From Octopus vulgaris (taxonomy: Eukaryota): DNA of 64,000 bases. The notes below the pieces were generated by a model that worked only from the letters and a program-made list of their open reading frames with translations, did no database searches and was not told the origin of the DNA. Positions within the stretch are counted from its first letter, which is position 1. Each line of letters opens with the position of its first letter. Positions 40,943 through 52,849 of the stretch are shown here, piece after piece. The position numbers and the translations under genes are program-made. The DNA lies in the NCBI GenBank assembly GCA_951406725.2, contig OX597814.1:13082001-13146000 (forward strand), given 5' to 3'.

Positions 40943-41343
40943 GTATGTGTATGTTTATATATATATATATATATGAGTGTACGCGAGTATGTCGATGTAT
41001 ATGTAGGTATGTAGAGTTATGTGTATGTGCATGTATGTGTGTGTATATACAGATTGTAGATGGGTATATATATGTGTGTGTATATATACATATATATATG
41101 TATATATATGTGTGTGTTTATATATATATATATGTATATATGTATATGTGGGTAGGTAGAGTTATACGTATGTGCATGTGTATATGTATATGTATATGTA
41201 TATGTATGTGTATGTATGTACATATATGTGTGTGTGTGTGTATGTGTGTATATGTATGTATATATGTATATATGTGTGTATGTGTAGGTGTGGGTATATA
41301 TATATGTGTGTGTGTGTATGTATATATATATATATATATGTGA

Positions 41344-41949
41344 TGGGCACCGCCGGCAACAACGTACACCTCACCTCGATACTCCTACTGAACATCAGAG
41401 GACTGCAAACACTCAGTAACAGGACAAAGATCCCGTTCCTGAGAGACTTTGTTGCATGCAATCAAGCCTTATGCATAGCACTTACAGAAACGCACCTGAA
41501 ACCGGACATAGCAGATGCGGAGTTACACATACCACAGCATGCTGTACTACGGACCGACAGGAAAGAAAGGAGTCATGGAGGTGTTGCTATGTACATCCGT
41601 GAGGACCTCACACCCCAGGTCCTCTTGTCATACTCAAACTCGGTGTGTGACACACTAATTGTACATGTTAGGCAACTTGATGTAGTTTTGTGTGCTACAT
41701 ATCGCCCTCCAGATGCCCCAAGCCATGTGGGCAAGTTTGAAGACTGCCTTATAAAAATAGAAGAAATTCTAACCACATTAGAACAACACATAGGTGTGCT
41801 TCTTATGGGATACTTCAATCTTCCCAATGTCAGATGGCCCGAGGGCCTTTCTCTCCCAGGAATGACAAGATGTGAACGAGGACAGGCGAGGTCCCTCCTG
41901 AACCTCATCAACACCCTGTACATGGAGCAGGTAATACTCCAACCAACCA
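41344..41949 (+). pseudogene. Duplicated, truncated 5' 606 bp of the LINE (APE endonuclease part)
   Basis: Copy of 46454-47060 with 6 substitutions seen by eye, including catalytic GDFN>GYFN. Confidence 0.95.
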
Positions 41950-42303
41950 TGTTTTATGTATAATTATAATGTAGGGTATCTAAGAGATACCACCACGCTG
42001 GAAATAGCAGCCAAATTTTGACTCTAGAACCACATTAAATGTTCATACAGCGCCAGGAGAGAAGACAAAGAGACAAAATAAACAAGCAAAAAGATTACTG
42101 GATAATTCCAGATCCTTGATTTCTGGATTTGCATGAGAAATGCTCTGTTTTAACAGGGGAATATACTCAGATAGCTCATAAATACATACATATATATATA
42201 TATATATAAATATATATGTAGGTCCCGGGTTGATTCGGGGTTAACCACAGTAAATAAGGTACTCAATACATAGCAGAGTAAAATTAATTTATTATATAGA
42301 AGG

Positions 42304-42354
42304 AGCTTCTACAGGACTAGAACTGTTTCATTCAAGAGAAATCTTCAGGAAGCT
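42304..42354 (-). ncRNA. Type I hammerhead ribozyme motif
   Basis: Reverse complement of 51973-52023. Confidence 0.75.
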
Positions 42355-42916
42355 AGTTAACAAGAATTGTATTGGCATTTATACATTTAGGCAGGTTTAA
42401 AGGGGTGGTGGTGGGGGACTTTTTGGGGGTAGGCATAGCGCAAAGAAATCATACTTGGGGGAGTGGTCCAGGAGTCAGTGGTAAATTAGATAGAAGAATA
42501 AATAAAAGAATAAAAAAAGGAGAATAAAAAAATATATAGAAGAATAGAGTTTTAGGTAAATAAGGAAATTCTCACTTATACCTATACATACATGTATACA
42601 TATACACACACACACACACACATATACATACACACATACATACACACACACCCATATATATATCTATATACACACATACATATACATACATATATCTACA
42701 TATATATATATATATATATACATATACACATACATGCATATACATATACACACACACACATGTATATATACACACACACGACCGCACATACACAAACACA
42801 CAAAAAATATATATACATACACACACATACACATACACACATACACACACAAATCCACATACACACATGCACACACAACACACAAGTCCCTATATACTCA
42901 TATATACATATACACA

Positions 42917-42950
<34 letters not shown>

Positions 42951-43398
42951 CATACATATGTGTACCTATTCATACCTACACATACACACATATACATACA
43001 AATACAAACCCATTCCCTAATTTTAATTTTATTATCTTCATTTATTACTTTTGTTATCTTTGACCGCTGGTCACAAGCATCTTGGCTACGACAGCTAGTC
43101 CCTTTTATCTTTCTACTTGAGCACAAGCACTCACTCACGCACGCACACTCATTAGCACGCGCACTCACTCATTCGTACACTCATACACATACACGCACGC
43201 ACGCGTTATATTCATACATACATACATCTACATACATACACGTATATACACATACGTACGCGTACCTACAGATTCATGTCTACAATCTTAGAAGACTAGT
43301 CTATACGTATACACCAATAAATATATATACACACATACATATACACCTACATACAAATACATACATACATATATATACACATATACATACACACACAT

Positions 43399-43444
<46 letters not shown>

Positions 43445-43580
43445 CCGCATACATACATACATACATACATACACTCATACATACATACATATATACACAC
43501 ATACACACACCCACACGTATACATATACATACATATACGCGCATGCATACACATACAAATACATACACATACACACATAC

Positions 43581-43626
<46 letters not shown>

Positions 43627-43975
43627 ATACATACATATACATATATACACACACACATACATACACATATACATACACGCACATACACATATACATGCGT
43701 ACCCATACACACACACACAAGCGCGCATCCATATATACACATAAGTACACACATGCGTAAAAGTATACATATATCTATGCTTACACATACACACACACGC
43801 CACTCCTTATGTTCATACTTACATGCATACTAAAAAAATAAGTAATAAAGTATATATACGTGCAGTTATTCATACATGCATACTCAAAAAATAAATAATA
43901 AATAGTAAATAATAAATATTAAGTATATATACGTGCAGTTACCTATTATACAGACGGATACATACATATAAACTT

Positions 43976-44044
<69 letters not shown>

Positions 44045-44185
44045 CTTACACATATGTACATATACATACACACATACATAACTCTACGTACCTACATATA
44101 CCTAAACACACGAGCGTACACGTATATGTACATATACACATACACATACACACACATATATACATACATACATATACATACACGC

Positions 44186-44234
<49 letters not shown>

Positions 44235-44294
44235 CACACATACATACATATATACATACATATACATACACACACATACACATACACACACATA

Positions 44295-44328
<34 letters not shown>

Positions 44329-44462
44329 CATATACATATATATACATATACACATACATACATACACATACATATACATATACACACATACACACACACA
44401 CATACATATATACACACACACACATACATATACATACACACATACATACACATATATATATG

Positions 44463-44494
<32 letters not shown>

Positions 44495-44688
44495 CACATA
44501 CATGTGTGCAAACATACATACATACTCATACACACTCACATACTTACATATACACATATACACACACTTACACACACACATACACACACATATATATATA
44601 CACACACACATATATACATACATACATATATATATATATATACATATATATACACACATACACATATGTACACATACACACACATATT

Positions 44689-44720
<32 letters not shown>

Positions 44721-44943
44721 CATGTGTGTATATATATATATACATATATACACACACATATATATATATATACATACACACACACATATATATATCCCCA
44801 CACCTACACATATACACATATATACATATATACATACATATACACACATACACACACACACATATATGTACATACATACACATACATATACATATACATA
44901 TACATATACACATGCACATACGTATAACTCTACCTACCCACAT

Positions 44944-44978
<35 letters not shown>

Positions 44979-45240
44979 CACATATATATACATATATATA
45001 TGTATATATACACACACATATATATACACATCTACAATCTGTATATACACACACATACATGCACATACACATAACTCTACATACCTACATATACATCGAC
45101 TTACTCGCGTACACTCATATATATATATATATATACACATACACATACATATACATATATATATATATATATATATAAATATATATATATACATACACAC
45201 GCACATACATATACATATATATATACACACACACACACAT

Positions 45241-45300
<60 letters not shown>

Positions 45301-45567
45301 CAATTGAGGGTAAAGTTAATTAGTTATTAATCAATTTCACCAAGTATTCAGTATGTAAAAGGACCATTATTTTTTTGAGTAAACATTGTCTGAGAGAAAA
45401 TTTTCTTTAAGTAGTGGAAAAGGCTAAAAAACTTATTTGGCTGCTATTTCTAGAAATTTCAGTATGTGGCAAATTAATTTATTTTACTAAGCCCTAATTA
45501 TATAATATTTTATATATACATACACATACATACACACATACATATACACATACATATGCATACACAC

Positions 45568-45607
<40 letters not shown>

Positions 45608-45907
45608 GTGTGTGTGTATATATGTATATATGTATATATGTGTGTATGCATATGTATGTGTATATGTATGTGTGTATGTATGTGTATGTATATATAAAAT
45701 ATTATATAATTAGGGCTTAGTAAAATAAATTATTTTGCCACATACTGAACTTTCTAGAAATAGCAGCCAAATAAGTTTTTTAGCCTTTTCCACTACTTAA
45801 AGAAAATTTTCTCTCAGACAATGTTTACTCAAAAAAATAATGGTCCTTTTACATACTGAATACTTGGTGAAATTGATTAATAACTAATTAACTTTACCCT
45901 CAATTGT

Positions 45908-45947
<40 letters not shown>

Positions 45948-46008
45948 ATGTGTGTGTGTGTGTATATATATATATGTATATGTATGTGCGTGTGTATGTA
46001 TATATATA

Positions 46009-46063
<55 letters not shown>

Positions 46064-46453
46064 GTATGTGTATGTGTATATATATATATATATGAGTGTA
46101 CGCGAGTATGTCGATGTATATGTAGGTATGTAGAGTTATGTGTATGTGCATGTATGTGTGTGTATATACAGATTGTAGATGGGTATATATATGTGTGTGT
46201 ATATATATATATATATGTATATATATGTGTGTGTTTATATATATATATATGTATATATGTATATGTGGGTAGGTAGAGTTATACGTATGTGCATGTGTAT
46301 ATGTATATGTATATGTATATGTATGTGTATGTATGTACATATATGTGTGTGTGTGTATGTGTGTATATGTATGTATATATGTATATATGTGTGTATGTGT
46401 AGGTGTGGGTATATATATATGTGTGTGTGTGTATGTATATATATATATATGTG

Positions 46454-49450
46454 ATGGACACCGCCGGCAACAACGTACACCTCACCTCGATACTCCTACT
46501 GAACATCAGAGGACTGCAAACACTCAGTAACAGGACAAAGATCCCGTTCCTGAGAGACTTTGTTGCATGCAATCAAGCCTTATGCATAGCACTTACAGAA
46601 ACGCACCTGAAACCGGACATAGCAGATGCGGAGTTACACATACCACAGTATGCTGTACTACGGACCGACAGGAAAGAAAGGAGTCATGGAGGTGTTGCTA
46701 TGTACATCCGTGAGGACCTCACACCCCAGGTCCTCTTGTCATACTCAAACTCGGTGTGTGACACACTAATTGTACATATTAGGCAACTTGATGTAGTTGT
46801 GTGTGCTACATATCGCCCTCCAGATGCCCCAAGCCATGTGGGCAAGTTTGAAGACTGCCTTATAAAAATAGAAGAAATTCTAACCACATTAGAACAACAC
46901 ATAGGTGTGCTTCTTATGGGAGACTTCAATCTGCCCAATGTCAGATGGCCCGAGGGCCTTTCTCTCCCAGGAATGACAAGATGTGAACGAGGACAGGCGA
47001 GGTCCCTCCTGAACCTCATCAACACCCTGTACATGGAGCAGGTAATACTCCAACCAACCAGGGCAGGTAACACACTGGATCTCTGCTTCACAAATGACAT
47101 GGATCTCATCCATAATGTGAAAGTGACACCGACACTACTCTCGGATCACAACATGATAGAGCTGACCATGTACGGGCCAAAAGAGAGCACGGACATGCAG
47201 CCTACAAGAAACCCTCAAAATCTTTCCAGCTTGAACTACCATAAGGCAAACTGGAAACAAATTGAGAAAGAGATCCTCAAACAAAACTGGCCTAAATGTC
47301 TCTCCTCGCCAGACATCGACGTGAAACTTCAACAATTCATGTCTGTAATGCAAGCCATATGCTACAAATGTGTCCCAGAGAGAAAGGCCACTGTACACAA
47401 GAACAAAATCCCCAGAGACAGGAAAATTTTAATGAGACGGCGTACGAAATTTTCAAATCGCCTAAACAAACAGATTGAAAGCAGTGAAAAGTCCCGCCTA
47501 AAAATAAAACTGTTGGAAATCGAAAAATGTCTGCAACTCTCCCATGGAAAAGAAAGAGCAGACAAAGAAGCCTGGGCTATAGAAAACATAAAATCTAACC
47601 CCAGAGCTTTCTACAGGTATGCCAAAGAAACAGCTACAGTGCACTGTAGAATAGGGCCACTCCTCGAAAAGGATGGCACACTTACAGGAAAACCAATGAG
47701 GGTAAGTGAAATACTGAATGAGCAATTCAAGAGTGTTTTCACTCCACCCCTTGGGCATCTCCAAATCACCAATCCAACTGACTTTTTTACCACTGCAGAT
47801 ATAAAATCAGAGGCGGCGACGATAGATTACATCGATATAAAGGAAGACGATGTAACCAAGGCTATAGATGAAATGAAAACAGACTCAGCTACTGGCCCCG
47901 ATGGATTCCCGGCAATCCTCCTAAAAGCATGTAAGAGAGTCCTAGCAAGACCACTGCAGTTCCTCTTTCAGAGCTTCCTCGCAGCTGGCAAACTTCCAGG
48001 AAAACTGAAGGAAGGTAAAATATGCCTCATTCATAAAGGAGGTAGCAGAGCGGAAGCCAAGAACTATAGACCTATCTCTCTGACCTCACACATCAGCAAG
48101 GTCATGGAACGAATAGTCAGAAGGAAGCTGATCACCTTCCTTGAAGAGAATGACTTGCTGCCCGACACCCAACATGGTTTCCGACCAGGGAGAAGCTGTT
48201 TAACTCAGCTCCTACAACACTATGACTGGGTGCTAAAACGGCTGCTCAACCACTCAAATGTGGAAGTGATATATCTCGACTTTGCAAAGGCCTTTGATAA
48301 AGTCGATCATGGAATGATATGTCACAAACTGCGTGATCTCAACATAGTTGGAAAACTGGGAGAATGGCTTCATGACTTTCTGAAGGATAGAAGTCAGGTG
48401 GTAGTAGCCAATGGGGCCACCTCCATTAACACACAAATAGTGAGCGGTGTTCCGCAGGGCACTGTTCTGGGACCACTACTGTTCATAATGGCCCTCTCAG
48501 ACATGCCCTCAGCCACGCAGAGAGCCACGATCACAAGTTATGCAGATGATACAAAAGTTTCACAGGCAATACAGAACCCTGAGGACACTAAACACCTGCA
48601 ATGTGAGCTGGACGAAATATACAAGTGGGCTGAAAAGAATAGCATGCAGTTCAATGCTGGAAAGTTTCAAGCTTTATACTATCAGCATGCAAAACTGAAT
48701 GCAATACCCAATGAATACACTGGACCCGGAGGGATTGCAATCCCAGAGGCACAATCAGTGCGTGACCTGGGTATTCACATGAGTGATGACGCGACCTTTC
48801 ATGTACATGTTGCTAAACTGACAATGAAATGTAGACGGCTGGCTGGATGGATTCTTAGAACCTTTAGAACAAGAGAACAAGAAACCATGATGGTTCTCTG
48901 GAAGACACTTGTCCTAAGCCACTTTGACTATTGCTCTCAGCTATGGTCACCATCCAGTGTCAAGTTGATCACAGAACTTGAGGCGATCCAACGAAGCTAC
49001 ACAAAGAAGATAGCCTCTATGCAGAATGTAAGCTACTGGGAAAGACTCAAGAGATTAAAATTATATTCCCTGGAGCGTAGGCGGGAAAGATATGCCATAA
49101 TATACATCTGGAAGATCCTGGAGGGAAGTGTCCTGAACTTTGGCATCGAGAGTTACGCAAATGCCAGAACTGGGCGCCACTGCGTGGTGCCTAGGACTCC
49201 AAACCTGCCATCAAGATGTAGGACAAGATTCTGTGATAGCCTGGGCTTCCGAGGCCCACAGCTCTTCAATATCCTCCCGAAGAACCTGAGAGACCTGCAT
49301 GGGGTGGATACAGATGTCTTTAAAATGAAGCTGGATCTCTTCCTGTCAGGTGTCCCAGATGAACCAACTTCAAGGCAGGAGGGGCAGATGAGGGCAGCTG
49401 CATCGAACTCTCTCATGCACCAAATAGCAGTTGCTAGAAAGCCTCCATGA
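46454..49450 (+). CDS. LINE ORF2 protein: APE endonuclease plus reverse transcriptase (998 aa)
   Basis: APE motifs NIRGL, LTETHL, YRPP, GDFN, TLDL, SDH. RT motifs QHGFRPGRSC, YLDFAKAFDKV, GVPQGTVLGPLLF, YADD. CR1-group C-terminus LYSLERRR. The ORF-track start at 46403 is microsatellite read-through. Confidence 0.97.
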   Translation: MDTAGNNVHLTSILLLNIRGLQTLSNRTKIPFLRDFVACNQALCIALTETHLKPDIADAELHIPQYAVLRTDRKERSHGGVAMYIREDLTPQVLLSYSNSVCDTLIVHIRQLDVVVCATYRPPDAPSHVGKFEDCLIKIEEILTTLEQHIGVLLMGDFNLPNVRWPEGLSLPGMTRCERGQARSLLNLINTLYMEQVILQPTRAGNTLDLCFTNDMDLIHNVKVTPTLLSDHNMIELTMYGPKESTDMQPTRNPQNLSSLNYHKANWKQIEKEILKQNWPKCLSSPDIDVKLQQFMSVMQAICYKCVPERKATVHKNKIPRDRKILMRRRTKFSNRLNKQIESSEKSRLKIKLLEIEKCLQLSHGKERADKEAWAIENIKSNPRAFYRYAKETATVHCRIGPLLEKDGTLTGKPMRVSEILNEQFKSVFTPPLGHLQITNPTDFFTTADIKSEAATIDYIDIKEDDVTKAIDEMKTDSATGPDGFPAILLKACKRVLARPLQFLFQSFLAAGKLPGKLKEGKICLIHKGGSRAEAKNYRPISLTSHISKVMERIVRRKLITFLEENDLLPDTQHGFRPGRSCLTQLLQHYDWVLKRLLNHSNVEVIYLDFAKAFDKVDHGMICHKLRDLNIVGKLGEWLHDFLKDRSQVVVANGATSINTQIVSGVPQGTVLGPLLFIMALSDMPSATQRATITSYADDTKVSQAIQNPEDTKHLQCELDEIYKWAEKNSMQFNAGKFQALYYQHAKLNAIPNEYTGPGGIAIPEAQSVRDLGIHMSDDATFHVHVAKLTMKCRRLAGWILRTFRTREQETMMVLWKTLVLSHFDYCSQLWSPSSVKLITELEAIQRSYTKKIASMQNVSYWERLKRLKLYSLERRRERYAIIYIWKILEGSVLNFGIESYANARTGRHCVVPRTPNLPSRCRTRFCDSLGFRGPQLFNILPKNLRDLHGVDTDVFKMKLDLFLSGVPDEPTSRQEGQMRAAASNSLMHQIAVARKPP

Positions 49451-49543
49451 AGTGAAACCAAGTAGCAACACCAAATGGCGGTGCCCCAGCATGGCCACAG
49501 CTCATAAGCTGAAACTAGAATCAATCAATCAATCAATCAATCA
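46454..49543 (+). mobile_element. Young CR1-group LINE, ORF2-only copy with an (AATC)n tail
   Basis: Intact ORF, ~70 bp 3' UTR, (AATC)6 tail at 49519-49543. It sits in (TA)/(TG) microsatellite with a possible TSD tatg(ta)ntgtg. Confidence 0.95.
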
Positions 49544-49555
49544 TATGTATATATA

Positions 49556-49603
<48 letters not shown>

Positions 49604-49787
49604 AATATGTGTGTGTATGTGTACATATGTGTATGTGTGTATATATGTGTGTGTATATATATGTATATATATATATATATATGTATGTATATGTATATAT
49701 ATATATATATATGTGTGTAAGTGTGTGTATATATGTATATGTAAGTGTGTGAGTGTGTATGAGTATGTATGTATGTTTGCACACATG

Positions 49788-49838
<51 letters not shown>

Positions 49839-49963
49839 GTGTATGTATGTGTGTATGTATATGTATGTGTGTGCGTGTATATATGTATGTGTGTGTGTGT
49901 ATGTGCGTATATGTATATGTATGTGTATGTATGTATGTGTATATGTATATATATGTATATGTG

Positions 49964-49995
<32 letters not shown>

Positions 49996-50053
49996 TATAT
50001 GTGTATGTGCATGTGTGTGTATGTATATGTATGTATATATGTGTGTATGTGTG

Positions 50054-50102
<49 letters not shown>

Positions 50103-50255
50103 ATATATGCGTGTATGTATATGTATGTATGTATATATGTGTGTGTATGTGTATGTGTATATGTACATATACGTGTACGCTCGTGTGTTTAGGTATATGT
50201 AGGTACGTAGAGTTATGTATGTGTGTATGTATATGTACATATGTGTAAGTATGTG

Positions 50256-50314
<59 letters not shown>

Positions 50315-50752
50315 AAGTTTATATGTATGTATCCGTCTGTATAATAGGTAACTGCACGTATATATACTTAATATTTATTATTTATTATTTATTATTTATT
50401 TTATGAGTATGCATGTATGAATAACTGCACGTATATATATTTTATTACTTATTTTTTGAGTATGCATGTAAGTATGAACATAAGGAGTGGCGTGTGTGTG
50501 TGTTTATGTGTAAGCATAGATATATGTATACTTTTACGCATGTGTGTACTTATGTGTATATATGGATGCGCGTGTGTGTGTGTATGGCTACGCATGTATA
50601 TGTGTATGTGCGTGTATGTGTATATGTGTATGTATGTGTGTGTGTATATATGTATATGTATGTATGTATATGTATACGTGTGGGTGTGTGTATGTGTGTA
50701 TATATGTATGTATGTATGCGTATGTATGTATGTATGTATGCGTATATGTATA

Positions 50753-50783
<31 letters not shown>

Positions 50784-51239
50784 GTATATGTATGTATGTA
50801 TGTGTATGTTTATGTGTATATATATGTATGTATGTATTTGTATGTAGGTGTATATGTATGTGTGTATATATATTTATTGGTGTATACGTATAGACTAGTC
50901 TTCTAAGATTGTAGACATGAATCTGTAGGTACACGTACGTATGTGTATATACGTGCATGTATGTAGATGTATGTATGTATGAATATAACGCGTGCGTGCG
51001 TGTATGTGTATGAGTGTACGAATGAGTGAGTGCGCGTGCTAATGAGTGTGCGTGCGTGAGTGAGTGCTTGTGCTCAAGTAGAAAGATAAAAGGGACTAGC
51101 TGTCGTAGCCAAGATGCTTGTGACCAGCGGTCAAAGATAACAAAAGTAATAAATGAAGATAATAAAATTAAAATTAGGGAATGGGTTTGTATTTGTATGT
51201 ATATGTGTGTATGTGTAGGTATGAATAGGTACACATATG

Positions 51240-51299
<60 letters not shown>

Positions 51300-51578
51300 T
51301 GTGTATATGTATATATGAGTATATAGGGACTTGTGTGTTGTGTGTGCATGTGTGTATGTGGATTTGTTTGTGTATGTGTGTATGTGTATGTGTGTGTATG
51401 TATATATTTTTTTTGTGTGTATGTGTATGTGTGGTCGTGTGTGTGTATATATGCATGTGTGTGTGTATATGTATATGCATGTATGTGTATATGTGTATAT
51501 GCGCAACCGGTAAAAAGAACTTTCACCTAATTAAATTACTTAAATTACTTCAATTATTTGTCAGCATTTTCTTCATTT

Positions 51579-51627
<49 letters not shown>

Positions 51628-51972
51628 GATATATGTATGTATATGTATGTGTATATATATATATATATATATATGGGTGTGTGTGTATGTATGTGTGTAT
51701 GTATATGTGTGTGTGTGTGTGTATATATGTATACATATGTGTATAGGTATAAGTGAGAATTTCCTTATTTACCTAAAACTCTATTCTTCTATATATTTTT
51801 TTATTCTCCTTTTTTATTCTTTTATTTATTATTCTATCTAATTTACCACTGACTACTTGACCACTCCCCCAAGTATGATTTTTTTGCGCTATGCCTACCC
51901 ACAAAAAGTCAACCACCACCACCCCTTTAAACCTGCCTAAATGTATAAATGCCAATACAATTCTTGTTAACT

Positions 51973-52023
51973 AGCTTCCTGAAGATTTCTCTTGAATGAA
52001 ACAGTTCTAGTCCTGTAGAAGCT
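51973..52023 (+). ncRNA. Type I hammerhead ribozyme motif
   Basis: AGCTTC-CTGAAGA-T TTC tctt GAA T-GAA-ACAG ttctagtc CTGT-A^GAAGCT: 6-bp stem I, 3-bp stem II with U.U closing, 4-bp stem III, GUA triplet. Confidence 0.78.
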
Positions 52024-52034
52024 CCTTCTATATA

Positions 52035-52077
<43 letters not shown>

Positions 52078-52591
52078 AATATATAAAGTTCGTGTAACAT
52101 ACTCACATATATTGATTAACTAACAAGTTATGGGTAAAATGATTAATTTCATTAATTCATCCTTTAACGTAAGTTTCAGTAACATCTGCATCTTATCAAA
52201 GATTATATTAAGCAGAAATGCAGTCTTTGTGTGTATGTATTGCTGTGAATTCTAAAATATTAAATTCCAAGTAATAAGTTAAATTTGGTGCCTTGAAAAG
52301 CAAATTACTAATATTTTCTTTCACACAAGCGCACAAGCACACGTTCATATGCGGCATTTATATTGGAAATAATATAAAACTTTGCTTAATTTTCTCTTTA
52401 AGAACAGACATTTGTCATTCAAATTGCAAATATTCGTCGAATTCCTTTTTCTCTATAGACGTTCAACTTAATTAAACATTAATTCATTAACATCTTGCTT
52501 CATTAAATATTGCGCAAGTACTCCGCTATCAACAAAAATGCGAAAGTTTGTTTACAGTGATGACAGGGTTGACAAACATCAAGTAATATAA

Positions 52592-52805
52592 AGCGGAGAG
52601 CTGCAAGAATCGTTTGCACACGGGGCAAAATGATTAGCAGCATTTTGTCCGCTTTATGTTCTGAGTGCAAATTCCACCAATGTCGCTTTTGCAATTCATC
52701 CTTTTGTGTTCGACAAAGTAACCACCAGTTGAGCATTGGTTTCGGTGCAGACGACTTATCTTTTCTCTCGACATTGCCGGCCTTGTGCCACAATTTGAAG
52801 CCAAT
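52592..52805 (+). mobile_element. Decayed family A SINE
   Basis: AGCGGAGAGCTGCAAGAATCGTT..CTGAGTGCAAATTCC..TTCATCCTTT. Confidence 0.75.
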
Positions 52806-52849
52806 ATGAAATAAGAGAGATGAAGAAGCTTAAATGTGGGGAATTAGGC

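Larger units (their letters stand above)
35941..41949 (+). repeat. Copy 1 of a tandem segmental duplication (copy 2 = 41950-47060)
   Basis: Unique blocks recur at an initial offset of 6009 (e.g. 36295/42304). Copy 1 ends inside the LINE at ..CAACCAACCA|TGTTTTATG. Confidence 0.95.
36580..51745. repeat. Kilobase-scale compound (TA)/(CA)/(TACA) microsatellite fields
   Basis: Directly visible. Shorter (TA)n, (TACA)n, (TCTA)n, (GA)n and (ATT)n tracts occur throughout the window. Confidence 0.98.
42288..52040. repeat. Large fold-back inverted repeat (arms ~3.3 kb, spacer ~45575-45632), right arm interrupted by the LINE
   Basis: Unique blocks are mirrored: 45298-45515/45692-45910, 43010-43130/51065-51185 and 42288-42580/51745-52040. 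Confidence 0.93.

Noticed and set aside
46403-46453. N-terminal 17 aa of the 1015-aa ORF call
   Set aside because: Microsatellite flank; the element starts at about ATG 46454.
46684-49524. Antisense ORFs within the LINE (also 41573-41950 and 55817-56338)
   Set aside because: Shadow ORFs of a coding strand with no independent motifs.
36466-51841. Dozens of long ORFs rich in Y/I/H/T or V/C/M/Y (up to 374 aa)
   Set aside because: Stop-free translations of (TA)/(CA)/(TACA) microsatellites, open in several frames on both strands.
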